Below the pieces are notes generated by a model. That model saw nothing but the letters and a program-made list of their open reading frames with translations, had not been told where the DNA came from and did not search any database. The position numbers and the translations under genes were made by a program. Shown here one piece after another: positions 51,808 to 64,000 of a stretch of DNA of 64,000 nt (the stretch's first letter is position 1; each line of letters starts with the position of its first letter). The DNA comes from Octopus sinensis (Eukaryota). Where the stretch lies: NCBI RefSeq assembly GCF_006345805.1, contig NC_043000.1, positions 48,794,001 through 48,858,000 on the forward strand, given 5' to 3'.

Positions 51808-54169
51808 TATATTTGTATGTGTGTGATAAATTATACATTTTATTTTATATTCTTACTCAACTCTAGAATAATCATAAGTAGTATTGTTAGCATTATTCTT
51901 TCTTGTATACTTTTATTATTCATATCTTAATTGGCAAATATATTTCTTAATGTGTTGACTAGAGAAGCGGGAACAGTAGTTAAGCAGATGTCACACTGTG
52001 TAATTTTGGTCTTCATTGTTCCACTGATATCATTGTTGTCGTTAATTCGTTCTGAATCGATAAAATATCACTATTCTGAGTAAATAAAATATCAAAACAT
52101 TGCCCTTTACTAAATTCATCTTGTTCTTGTCTCAAAAGAATTATTCATTCATTATTAAGAAAATGGAAATATTTTTTTTTCTAAAAGGGGTTGTAAATAA
52201 TGGCTTTATTTAAATAGTGTACTTTATCATAGACAATATTTACATGGCTTTGAAGGAGACTATATCGTTTGCGTCTCAGAGGAAATAATGTGAAAAATAT
52301 TTATCTTAATAGGTTGATACTGATCAGTAAAATGAATTAATAAGAAGAAAACTATGTAGTTTAAACAACATTTTCGAAAATACTGAATCATACAGTTAGG
52401 TATCTTTGCAATCACGCAAACACAAACATCTTCAGCAAATAAATTGAGTGATTAAGTTCAGTTCCATTAGTGTTATTGATAATATTTCCGAGATGAAGGG
52501 GCATGTAAAACGTATTTATATTTCACAGTCAATAATGTTATGTATTTTCAGTTGTGAGAATTTTTATGTATATATTGATAGACATAATCTGTTGATATAA
52601 ACTCGATTCCATACGAAACGTCGGTGGCAAGTTATGAGCAGGATGTTTACAGAAAATTCTATTTGCTAAGAGACCTTCCTAATATTTATTTCTATTTGGT
52701 AATACTTGTGTGTCTCTGCTCTTTGCACTTAAGGACTTTATTACTAATATTTATTACTTGTACGCTCGTATATTGTGTAACACTACGAATAAAAAAAATC
52801 CTTAAAACAAATGCAAGTTTACAAAATATACTTAATATTAATTTTCATGATCAGAGACGTATGAAATTTAAATGTAAAATTACAAATACATTTCACCAGC
52901 CTATTCCAACACTTCAAAACACAATTATTTACACAACTTAGCTACATTTAACATTGATTAGATGAACAAACCATTTCTTGTTTCATGTGAATATGTTATT
53001 AGTAATACTGTGAAAGTGAAACGATTGGTCATAGTAATTCATTGATTTCATGTGATGCATTCACAAACATCAACGTTTACCGTGTGAACATTCCATAAAG
53101 AATATGTCGTATATTTACTTATGACGTCATTTGTCGACTATTTTACGTATAACGTCCATTATATTAAATTCTGTAATGTGGAAACCTGATATAAAACTTG
53201 TTTGATATTTGCTATAGTTACATACGCAGGAGCTAAACTTATATGAATTTGAAGACATATGCTGGGCTTCAACGTAGAGGGTCACAACAAACATATCCTG
53301 TACGTTTGTCCGCCTTTCCAAAAACTTATCAATTTCTCGTCCTTAATTGAATTATTAGCATGGGGTATACCGATTCGATTTAACTTATTTTGAACCATTG
53401 TTGCAATTAACATAACTCATTAAAAATTTCTTCCATTCTATGTTAAATTGCATGTCTGTGTAAGGATAGTTTAAGTAATACATATTTTCTCCGAGAATTT
53501 TGCTAGTCTTTCGTTCAGACTTTTTCTATATCCGAAGAGAAGGGTCTCTGAGACAATCATTCGAATACCGTCACACATGAAACGTAACCATTTCTGGCAA
53601 AGAAGAAGAAAAAGAAAAATCTACTACTTAACTGGTACTTCATTCATCAATTCACGGAGGAAGTGCACATTTGACAACAAGGACTTCCATTCATAATGTT
53701 GATCGAAAAATAAAAGCTGTCAACTACTAAGCTGTCAACTACTAAGTCAATTTACTTGCTTCTTTTTCATTGAATTTATGTGAAATAACGACTTTTCACC
53801 AAAATTATTGCTATGTACGAAAGATATATAAATTTTATATATGCTACACATTTTATCGAATGTGAAATCAACGTCGTGGAGATGGTCACAGACAGCCACA
53901 AAATGGTAGCTATGTTGAACCGAATCTCATGATTTATGCAATCTTCATCAAACAGAATATACTGTAAATGTAAATTTTTATTTAATTTATTTATTAACAT
54001 TTTCTTTGTCTATAAATTTCCACACACATACACACACACACACTAAGCATGGACAAACGCATGTCTTTATACATCTCTAAAAAACCTGTAAATATACGTA
54101 CACACAAATACAGACATTTACACTTATGTTAATACGGATCAATAAGGGATGATTTATATAGTCACTACA

Positions 54170-55325
54170 TTTAACAGAGATAGCAGTACAATCTCCTTCG
54201 CACACTACTCTCTATGAAAAATGAAGATATAGTATTCTGTGATTAACTGACTTTAAAATAGATGGTCACGCAGGAACGCATCTGATCACAGGTTTTCTAG
54301 AATACGATCACGATACATCGGTCACGTTAGGGTGTGTGGAAACATGTAAATGGGAAAGCATCATACTTCATTTTACCTCTGTTGATAGTTATGGTTTGGT
54401 GGTCCTGATAGAAATGATGATGGGACAGTTAGAGAGCATCCACGTGGTCGTTCATAACGATCGAAATAGCAATAAAGCTACCTTCATATCAAATCCTACA
54501 ATCTGTGGAAATCTTATATTGTAATAGGCTTTTGAATTCCCCGCACAAAGGAAAATGACTAGATGTACAGTCTTGCCTGAAACGCTTTTGGTCATAAAGT
54601 TGCCCGATCAAGATAGTCTTAGGACTATGCATCAACGAAAATAGTGAACAAGATTATTCTGGTGATAATAATTGCAACGAGGAAGAAGCGAAAAGAAGGT
54701 CGAGGACAATAACAACGATAATAATGATGATGGTAATGAGGTGTACATATGATTGTAATAACTCAGTTTCACATATTAGGATCAATTCTCAAAATTTTGA
54801 GTAAGTATAAACCTATGTTCAGGTTGCCTTATTTTTAAAAATCAAATGTGGTATAGTTTCTTCAACAAAATGAACAATTCTGGTATTTAAAAGGATTATA
54901 AGCGGACGTAATTTTTGTCCACGATGGTAAAAAGAGATCGGTGTGTTCGCAATGGAAATGAGCAATCAAAAACCGTTTGCCTTGCTTTCCTGTTTGCACT
55001 GCGACTAATCAATTTTAGGGTATAAAAATAGCGAATATAGTTGCGAGTTTTCAAACGAAACACATTTTTCACTCTTAAATACTTTTCTAAATTGAAAGTA
55101 ATATGTGTCAAAAGCATAGATAGCGTGGCTGTATAGTACTGAGTTAGTCGTTAACAATCAGAACCCTGATCAAATGCTTTCCAGCTATGAACATTTCGGC
55201 GTGTTCTATATCTTATCTGCTTTTGCGTTTTCTTTTCTTTTCTTTTCTGTTTGATGACAATGTTTCAGTGTGAGGAAAATCTATTCACTACATCTATCAG
55301 GTCATGCAACTCTGTACAGGCTATC
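54170..55325. mobile_element. Old family F repeat fragments (minus ~54170-54330 and ~54430-54635; plus ~55150-55325; related piece ~50715-50870)
   Basis: Motifs ctgatcaaatgctttccagctatga and reverse-complement forms gatggtcacgcaggaacgcatctgatcacagg, cctgaaacgcttttggtcata. Confidence 0.45.
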
Positions 55326-56014
55326 TCTGTTTCACACAGAATAGTATAGTCTGTTGAATAAGTCTGATATAAGAATTCATTTAAACATGTCTGTTTCATT
55401 TCTACTTTAGCCATGATAGTGTAGGAACATTTATTGATTTCCATTCAATAATTCCTTTGTTACAGCTTTATTTTATTACGTCATATTACACAATGAAATG
55501 AGTTTGTTAAATCTATGAGGTTATTATCTTCTTTCTATGATACAGAAGTTGTATTTTGGTACATCATATTAATAGAATTCTTACCGACGATTGACATTTT
55601 TCTCTTTTTCTTGTTTTGTCAACTAATCTTATTAATAATGAAATATCTGAAAATTAAATTTTACCTAAGTACTATTATTGATTTCCTGTCAGACTAAAAT
55701 AAGAAGGGAGTTAGACAATAATTGAGAATGTAATGATGTAAAATGGTTATTTCCCATGTTTACTTGTGTCTGCGCTGTAAGGGCTTTGTCCAACGACATT
55801 CATTTAAAGATATTTATTTTATCTTCTGTAAACACCTTCGCAAATAAGTATTTGCTCCTGCGTGTCTTTCTGACTGATGGTTCGACTAGGAATATTCAAA
55901 GCCTGTCAGATGCGTATTTTAAAGAATTTGGGAATGCTTTGTCTGCTTATGATCATGTTATGTGTATTAGCTGGTATATAAGATTCTCTAAACATACATA
56001 CATACATACATACA

Positions 56015-56048
<34 letters not shown>

Positions 56049-56097
56049 CATACATACATAGACACACACCTCCACATATGCATACATACATATAGTG

Positions 56098-56141
<44 letters not shown>

Positions 56142-56494
56142 TAGCAAATTTGCCCAACTACGATGGAAGCATAAAGCGTGTGAGGGAAGTCATAACAGCA
56201 GTTTGTATTGAGAAATGAGTAAAAGAACTTGATAGATACCGTGTAATGTCTGGATATTCTGCTACTATGGGTTATTTTGATTGACAAAACTGAGATGTAA
56301 ACAACAACCGCTTCGATTAGATGTATCGAATCCTGCTCGAGACTGACACACCTCAGTAACCACTAAATAATCACACACATCGCAACAGTCTGGATACGTA
56401 TTGATCAGAGCTCATATATATATATGGCGGTGCCCCAGCATGGCCACAGCTCATTAGCTGAAACTGGAAAAATCAAAAAAAAAAATCAAAATCA

Positions 56495-56529
<35 letters not shown>

Positions 56530-56899
56530 GCCTTGGACATAATTGTGGAGTAGGTATGGAAAAATAGAGAATACGATTAAATTTCATTTACTTAATAATT
56601 GAAAACATCATAATAAGTCTTCTATAGTCTATTCCATCAATAATTAATATTTGATAAGTACTCCTTTTGAATTTATAATCGTTCTTATGCGGGTGGCTTT
56701 TATATGCTTGAGACCAAGTTGGCGCATGTATATGTCTGTGATGAAAGACGTATGAGACATCATGTAAAGGGAAGTGTGTTTTACTACATGTGTATTCCGA
56801 ATGCCAATAAAGTGCTCTCTATCAAGCACTAAGGGAAGTTGTTTATTTTAATTTGACATTGATTCTGAAGAATGGTACACAATACATGCATGCATAAAT

Positions 56900-57009
56900 A
56901 TACTCACTCACACATATAAATATATATGTACACGTAAATTAATATATATACATAAATAAGTGTATACTCATACATTTATATATATACATAATTATATATA
57001 TACATATAC

Positions 57010-57082
<73 letters not shown>

Positions 57083-57136
57083 CACTTATATTTATACATA
57101 AATATATATATATAATATATATATATATATATACCT

Positions 57137-57176
<40 letters not shown>

Positions 57177-57177
57177 G

Positions 57178-57211
<34 letters not shown>

Positions 57212-57225
57212 ATATATATAAGTAT
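56900..57225. repeat. Long degenerate (TA)n/(TACA)n tract
   Basis: Directly visible. Confidence 0.95.
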
Positions 57226-57445
57226 GCCTTTATCTACGTGCATTTATATGTGCACGAGTATATATTCACACACACACACACTCTCAGGATTGAGATCTAT
57301 GCAGCAAAAATTGTAAACAGGTAATATTGACTCGTATTAAACAAGAATATATTCCTGTATACTATATGAATACAGCTCTCGAACACTTAAATTAATATAA
57401 TGAACCACCATCGAGATCAATCTTTTGTTCTTTGCACATTTACAG

Positions 57446-57473
57446 TGGATGCTACAGTCTGAATCATCAATTG
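57446..57473 (+). other. Candidate 28-nt microexon
   Basis: Acceptor tcttttgttctttgcacatttacAG, donor TG|GTGAGA; two stop-free frames (WMLQSESSI / GCYSLNHQL). Confidence 0.25.
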
Positions 57474-57488
57474 GTGAGATAACATCTG

Positions 57489-57581
57489 AGCGTCTGTACG
57501 TCCGACGAGCAGGCACGATAGCGTCTGTATTTCTGAGACGGCGCGATAGCGTCTGTACGTCCGACGAGCCGACGTGATAGC
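57489..57581 (+). repeat. CpG-rich minisatellite, 3 units of 31/28/31 bp
   Basis: Units start agcgtctgta at 57489, 57520, 57548; units 1 and 3 share agcgtctgtacgtccgacgagc. Confidence 0.85.
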
Positions 57582-57756
57582 AACATGCACGAGTCGCGAC
57601 ATTGAACTGGTGGAGGAAAAACAAAAACGCAGCTTCATATCAGACCATCAATAAAACATTATTTCAATTTTATATCAATAATTTTCCAGATCTCATATCT
57701 ATTTGGGATGAAAAAGAAAAGAATGATTGTCAAATATATGTTCACTCAAATTGTCT

Positions 57757-57821
57757 ATTATTATTATTATTAACACCGCGAGCAAGGAGAATCGATCTAA
57801 TTGTGTCTATTATTATTATTA

Positions 57822-57876
<55 letters not shown>

Positions 57877-58084
57877 GAATTGGTGAAATGGAAGAATCGT
57901 TAGTGGCATTTTACCTGTCTTTACGTTTCGAGTTCATATGCCAGCCAGGTCGTCTTTTCCTTAATTTTTTTTTTTTTTGGGTGGGGGTCGATAAAATAAG
58001 TAACAGTTGAAAACAGGAGTCGATGCAAGAGACCAGTCCTCTTCCCTGAAACAGCTGGCCTTATGCCAAAATTTGAAATTATTA

Positions 58085-58164
<80 letters not shown>

Positions 58165-58345
58165 ATTGAGGCATTTTGTCCTTACGTTCTAGGTTCAAAT
58201 TCCCCCGAAGTCAACTTAGCCTTTCACCCTCTCTGGGTCGATAAAATAAGTACCACTGGTGTTGATGTCATCGACGGGCCTTGTGCTCAAATTTGAAATC
58301 AATATTATTATTACCTCTATTGTTATTGTTATTGTTATTGTTGTT
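57757..58345 (+). mobile_element. Two family A SINE copies (~57881-58079, ~58170-58300) within (ATT)n tracts
   Basis: ggggtcgataaaataagtaacag; cgttctaggttcaaattcccccgaagtcaacttagcctttca..gtcgataaaataagtacc. Confidence 0.8.
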
Positions 58346-59136
58346 AATGAAAATGTTGCAAATTGTGAGTTTAAGAACTCGGAGATTGAAACAAAATGGT
58401 AATGGAAAGGCAACAGTTTGTTTGTAAATGTTACGTACGTAATTATATGGATGTGCATGTCCTTATATTTAGGTATATACACATACGCGCGCTCACGCAT
58501 ATACACACTTATACCTCTTATGTATAGGTATAGGCACATGCACGAAGAAACATACACAAACTCAAGCACACGCGCAAACACTCCAGGTTGACAATAAATT
58601 TACAAGGAATCATTTCAACTCGTTATAACGCAGTACAGAAAATATTTTATACGAAAACAGCTCATCTACACAATTTTATATAGAATTCCACAGGAAGTAA
58701 GAATAATTTTGGAAGCTTTGCTAATAGTGGAAAAAATAATATTCAAAAACACAGGTATAGAAAATATAAATATATGTCAGATATCATATAAAGAATATTA
58801 CGATTTAACGTTATATTATTTCAAAATTTTCGTCGAGGAATATTTATCTCTTGTAGCATTTTTTTCCACAGACCCCTGGGGAGATATCTCCAAAATGCAC
58901 AGACTGCAATCTATTGTAAAATTTTTATCTGAAAATGAGATTCTGGAGATCTCAAAACATCGAACTAATGGATTCAGAAATCTAATGTTATCTTTCCAAA
59001 AAGTAGAGAATTAAAAAGAAAATACGACAAAACAGTTATATATATCTAGAATGAATGTAGCCGTATATTAAATATGCGTGAGCACATAATATTTCATTAT
59101 ATAGAATATACTAAAGTGTATATATATATATATATT

Positions 59137-59170
<34 letters not shown>

Positions 59171-59171
59171 G

Positions 59172-59209
<38 letters not shown>

Positions 59210-59240
59210 GTGTGTGTGGTGTGTGTGTGTGTGTGTAGAT

Positions 59241-59627
59241 AAGGCGGCGAGCTGACAGAAACGTTAGCACGCCGGGCGAAATACTTAGCGGTATTTCGGC
59301 TGCCGTTACGTTGTGAGTTCAAATTCCGCCGAGGTCGACTTTGCCTTTCATCCTTTCGGGGACGATAAATTAAGTACCAGTTAAGCACTGGGGTCGATAT
59401 AATTGACTTAATACCTATGTCTGTCCATGTTTGTCCTCTCTATGTTTAGCCCCTTGTGGGTAGTAAAGAAATATGTATTTCGTCTGTTTTTACGTTCAGA
59501 GTTCAAATTCCGCCAAGGTCAACTTTGCCTTTCATCCTTTCGGGATCGATAAATTAAGTACTGGTGTCGATCTTGTCGACTGCTCCCTCCCCCAAAATTT
59601 CAGGCCTTGTGCCTAGAGTAGAAAAGA
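59241..59627 (+). mobile_element. Family A SINE, well-preserved two-unit form
   Basis: Head aggcggcgagctgacagaaacgttagc and B-box gagttcaaattcc; the core gtatttcg..gagttcaaattccgcc..gtc(g/a)actttgcctttcatcctttcggg..gataaattaagtac occurs twice (~59292 and ~59476). Confidence 0.92.
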
Positions 59628-59692
59628 AAATATATACATATATATATGTGTGTGTGTATATATATATGTATTTACATATATATATATATATT

Positions 59693-59732
<40 letters not shown>

Positions 59733-59736
59733 AGTA

Positions 59737-60050
59737 TCTATAAATATAACACAAATGATGTTTATATATGTGTATGTATATGTGGTACGTATGTGTTTCT
59801 ACAGTTTGCAACCGATTTTCACCAAACTTTACACACATATTACTCATGTGCAAAGAATGTAATGCACTATAATATTTTGCCTAGAGCTCGCGCGTAATGT
59901 GAAAAACTTATAACAAATTTGTTTTATACGTGTTTTTCTCTAAAAAATTCATTTTCACCTGATTTTCTCCCTTGGACTCTTGCAGTTTTCAACCAATTCC
60001 CTCCTTTTTCTTTCTCTAGATTTTCTCTCTTTTTTCACATTCTCCGTTCC
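59737..60050 (+). mobile_element. Probable 5' part of a non-autonomous Helitron-like element
   Basis: A|TCtataaatataa start like the 62405-63023 element, (TG/TATG) tract, then ccgattttcaccaaactt motif; no clear CTAG end found. Confidence 0.4.
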
Positions 60051-60545
60051 TCTTGCTTACATATATTCTCTCTCACGCTCTATAATAGCTCCTCTCTTTA
60101 ACTCTGTTTCTTTCACTCACTCTATCGCCCTCTCTCCCTCTCTATCTATCTCAGCATCTCTTTCTCCCTATCTCTCTCATTCAGTTTTCCACATGCTTAA
60201 GAATTTACTTCAGTGTATATCAGTTTTGTCGTGCATAAATATCTTTTTCTTTACGTTATTTGTACCTTCTCCCTACAACAGTACTTATTCTTAATTTTTG
60301 GGACTCCGTCTATTTAAAAACAGTATTTACATTTCTCCCTCAATGGAAAACGTTGTGCGTACGTATGTCTGGCATGGGCCACAGACAGCTGTTGAGCCTT
60401 TATTGCTAACCAGTACGATTTCAACCACGTCACTGAGCAGTCATACATTAGAAAAAGCTTTCCTAAAGTGGCTCAAGTTTTTTAACTCATGCTGTTTACT
60501 TCTAGACCTTTATACGCTCAAACGCGATTTGTAAGTTGTATTCTT

Positions 60546-60597
<52 letters not shown>

Positions 60598-60695
60598 GAA
60601 GAAGAAGAATATGACAATAAGAGAATAAATGAGGCCTCGATATTCTGTAAATAAGGGAATTTATCTAGAAATATATAAAATAGGACACTCAGTTA

Positions 60696-60757
60696 TTTGT
60701 CATAATAATTCTCAGGTTTTCAGATGATGGGGCATCCTCATCAGTTATTACGACAAA
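60696..60757 (-). ncRNA. Type-I hammerhead motif (cleavage triplet mutated)
   Basis: tttgtcgtaataa-CTGATGA-ggatg-ccccat-catct-GAAA-acctgagaa-ttattatgacaaa: 13-bp helix I, 5-bp helix II, both cores exact; reads GAA where NUH is expected. Confidence 0.75.
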
Positions 60758-61465
60758 AATGCTATGACAAAAACCTTGAATAAAGGGAAGATACTCTAAT
60801 AGGCTTGGGAAAATGAATAAAAGTTAACGATATAAATATACAAACACGTAAAGATAGAAATCTTTGTTCATAAAATCTACATACGTACACATGTATATGT
60901 ACATAAATATACATACGCACATGCAGACAGATGCGTATATATTTCCATACTCACATACACATACATATATATATATATACGTGAACACACATACACATAA
61001 ATACACGCATGCACGCACATACACACGTCTATGTGCCTACACGTATTATTATGCTCATATGCAAACACATGCATATGCATATACGTGCTTAAAAAAATAT
61101 ATATACATATAAATATAAAAATACGAACCCACATACGTATATATGTGTATATAACTTCATCTTCACATAGAAAAAAAGTTTACATTTATCTTAGAGCTTT
61201 TATAAATAAAAATACTTATTAAAACCGTAAACAATATTCATGTATTAACGTTCGTATCAGGCATATATTCACACACGCTGCATGTATGAATATACGCATA
61301 CACACACACGCGCTGATAGACAAAACCACGCATATGCGTATAGATGTACAAATATATACACACACAAACGTATAAATACATCATCCGCGCGTAGATATAT
61401 GGACATTTATACAAATGAAAACACATACGCAAAACATAAAACGTATACATATTTACATTCGCCGC

Positions 61466-61743
61466 GAGACTGGGATAAAAGAAAAACGACCAAATTATCA
61501 ATATTTATATGGTCCTTAAAAGAACAAGGTGTCAACTATAAGATTCACTGGAAGATCTCGGCCAAGTGTAAACCTTACATCAACGGCAGTCGGAAGTGCG
61601 GTCTTTGCGATATGGAAAGATGGCTCGTCTGGAAACGTTTAGACACCGCTACATGTCTAAATTCAAGAACTGAACTTTTTTGAAAATGTTCTAATATGAC
61701 AAAATACTTGTTACGTTTTTGGGGCCCCCAAGATCATAGATAG
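61466..61743 (+). pseudogene. Penelope-like GIY-YIG endonuclease C-terminal fragment
   Basis: RKTTKLSIFIWSLKEQGVNYKIHWKISAKCKPYINGSRKCGLCDMERWLVWKRLDTATCLNSRTELF*KCSNMTKYLL (end of ORF 61282-61683, read through one stop); characteristic Neptune-type PLE EN tail. Confidence 0.9.
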
Positions 61744-61969
61744 AAACTGCTTTATATATTGTTTCCTTGTACAGGACTGACATGTGGCTTAGCATTTCTT
61801 ATATATTTTATATATTTTTATATGTATTTGTATGTATAAGCATATATCAGATGTGTATGTGTGCGTATCTGTATATGTGTACGAATGTACGTATATATAC
61901 GAGTGTAAGACTATGTATATACGCTTGCATATCTGCAGGTTTAGGTTTGTTGATAGAGGAGGGTGTACT

Positions 61970-62015
<46 letters not shown>

Positions 62016-62404
62016 CCCCTATACATATGTATATTCATGTATGCGGTGAATGTGAATATGTATAAGTTTTATGTTTTACGTATGTTTTCATTTGTATAAA
62101 TGTTCATATACCTACGCGAGGATGAAATTGACTATGTATTATACGTATATGTGTGTATATTTGTACACACACATAGATAGCTAGATAGATAGATAGATCG
62201 ATAAATAGAGAGAGAGATAGAGAGATGTAGATAGATAGATATACAGATATATATGTATATACATATGCATGTATATATAAATCAATACAAAATGTAGGTA
62301 TACATTTCTCAATTCAAAAATTAAAATTCATATATATATATTATACCTTATATTCTTTTAATAATATATTATTCTATACATATATATAAGAAATATATAA
62401 GAAA

Positions 62405-63023
62405 CTAGCAGTATTGCCCGGCTCAACGGGGATTTCAGGGGAGAGTTTCAGGGAGTCGCTGGCGATGTATCGTGATGATCAAAAATCCGGCCTGCTCAAA
62501 TTTGGTTAAAGTGATTCAAACTGCAAACTCAACGCAAAATGGTCACATTTAATTCAAAGCGTTAAAAATGTTATGAAAACAATTGGTATGTGTTCACAAA
62601 GTCGAAACGATTGATACGAAAAAACCCTCCAGGCTACATCCCGAAAATTCATTTCTTTGCCCAATTTCTACAATGTTTACGGCGATTCATTTTTATATCT
62701 TGATTTTTTTTTGTTTTTCATGCAATTTACGCATGCTTGCACGCGTGGTGAACACAGTTCACGTCAAACAGCTGACTGAGTAAAGTTCACTATTCAATGC
62801 ATGGGATAAGGCCTAAACAAACACATTATCGATTTTTGCACTTGCGAGATGAATTTCGGAACAGAAATAGAGCAGTTCAATTTTCATTCGCCTAAACTTT
62901 AAGTGACCCATTTTGGTGGTTCTACGATTTGTTGGTTAGGAGAAGATGTGCCGGGAATTTAAACACACAGACACACACACAGAAACACACACAGACACAC
63001 ATGTTGAGTTTTATATATATAGA
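62405..63023 (-). mobile_element. Non-autonomous Helitron
   Basis: Minus strand begins A|TCtatatatataaaa and ends cccg-ttgagc-cggg hairpin + caatactg-CTAG|T; no TSD, inserted between A and T. Confidence 0.8.
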
Positions 63024-63646
63024 TATACCTAAGGTATGTATCTAATTGCGTGTGTATCTATTGCAGTCGTATGATGTTCAATATCTTCTTAATGATAACA
63101 ATTACAGGAAATACATTACTGATTGCATTCTCAATAGCCTCTCATTGCGCTCAGTGAAATTAGTTTGCGTAAATGTTACGGGCGGAAACAACACGCCTTC
63201 CTCTACAAAATGTCTTACATATTTAACAGATAATTCATCAAATCAGCTTTACTTCTTTCCTGCAAAGCTAAATTACCTAACTTAAATTTCAGGCTGTTTA
63301 TCATTTATATATATATATTTCAATACCTTATATTGTAATTTATTGAAATTCATAGATTTATTGAAATTCATCACACTACTTACTCGAAGTTGATATTTAA
63401 GTAGGTTTGTATAGCAGGCTCATCACCTAACTAGTGATTCATCGCTGAAAGACAAACAAATCGCCTTTAAAACAATTTACATCTCTGTTGACTTAGAGGT
63501 GTTTAGCTGTTAGTTTAAATATGTAACATCAATTAGCACTAAATGTGACATTAAGTATTAATATTCAGTCTGTAAAGTAATTGGTGTTGCTGACACACAC
63601 AATGTTTTCGTTTTCCAATATTGTTACTGTGGTTACTATCTATCTA

Positions 63647-63676
<30 letters not shown>

Positions 63677-63680
<4 letters not shown>

Positions 63681-64000
63681 GTGTCCCCAAAAAATGTATA
63701 CACACCTTAAATAATTGTAAATTTGGGGTTTATTATAATTCGAATAATTTTCAACATGTAAAAGAATTTACAAATAGCATTCTATTGTCTTGTTATCGCA
63801 TGTTCTCAAACTGATGTCCGTTCTGCTCCAGACACTGCTGACAACGCGAAGCGATGGAATGGCACAAATCATGGAACAATTCCCTTGGGATATTCGTACA
63901 TTCATGTTCAATGGTTGCCCTCAATTGAACGACTGTTGCAGGTTTCTGTGCGTAGACTTTGTCCTTTAGGTATCCCCATAAAAAGAAGTCTAGTGGTGTG
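63677..64000 (-). mobile_element. Tc1/mariner DNA transposon, 3' end (continues beyond window)
   Basis: TA|cagagtgtccccaaaaaatgtatacacac terminus after (TA)n, with transposase C-terminus inside. Confidence 0.9.
63793..63999 (-). CDS. Tc1/mariner-superfamily transposase, C-terminal 68 aa (partial, uninterrupted in view)
   Basis: TPLDFFLWGYLKDKVYAQKPATVVQLRATIEHECTNIPRELFHDLCHSIASRCQQCLEQNGHQFENMR*; third catalytic residue is D in (SPDL)TPLDF. Confidence 0.9.
   Translation of the reverse strand, partial: TPLDFFLWGYLKDKVYAQKPATVVQLRATIEHECTNIPRELFHDLCHSIASRCQQCLEQNGHQFENMR

Larger units (their letters stand above)
60596..62167. mobile_element. 5'-truncated Penelope-like insertion with inverted upstream pseudo-LTR
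   Basis: ~61340-61465 is the reverse complement of 62043-62167. The EN remnant lies between them on +. The inverted part runs leftward to a minus-strand hammerhead and ends at (TA)n. Confidence 0.75.

Noticed and set aside
52624-52941. 105-aa ORF (and 58709-59014, 42334-42711, 47567-47950)
   Set aside because: AT-driven I/L/F/K/N composition, non-ATG or weak starts, no recognisable motifs; some overlap repeats.
53714-53746. 15-bp tandem duplication aagctgtcaactact (similar 16-bp one near 25754-25786)
   Set aside because: Ordinary slippage duplication with no further structure.
57489-57581. CRISPR-like repeat/spacer appearance
   Set aside because: Only 3 units, constant part about 13 bp, variable parts 1 and 3 are similar to each other, no cas genes, eukaryotic context.

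Overview
AT-rich, microsatellite-saturated animal (eukaryotic) DNA with no intact host protein-coding gene. Almost every ORF in the supplied track is a read-through of (TA)n/(TG)n/(TAA)n/(TTC)n repeats. The repeat landscape resembles from memory an octopus/coleoid cephalopod intron or intergenic region (inference, not searched). The window holds more than 25 copies or fragments of at least four tRNA-derived SINE families, three decayed Penelope-like (PLE) GIY-YIG endonuclease remnants, a decayed R4/Dong-type RLE LINE in (TAA)n, the 3' end of a Tc1/mariner transposase, Tc1- and hAT-type MITEs, and a non-autonomous Helitron. The most interesting signal is a set of small type-I hammerhead-ribozyme (HHR) motifs in PLE-style inverted (fold-back) elements. 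One is a tRNA-headed (Pol III A/B-box) element carrying a minimal palindromic-helix-III HHR, inserted twice as head-to-head dimers with 12-13 bp target-site duplications (145-701, 14598-14917). It is a candidate SINE/retrozyme-like passenger of Penelope enzymes. Two candidate plus-strand microexons (one with its donor inside a hairpin) hint at a host gene with very long introns. All calls come from reading by eye, and boundaries of old repeats are approximate.
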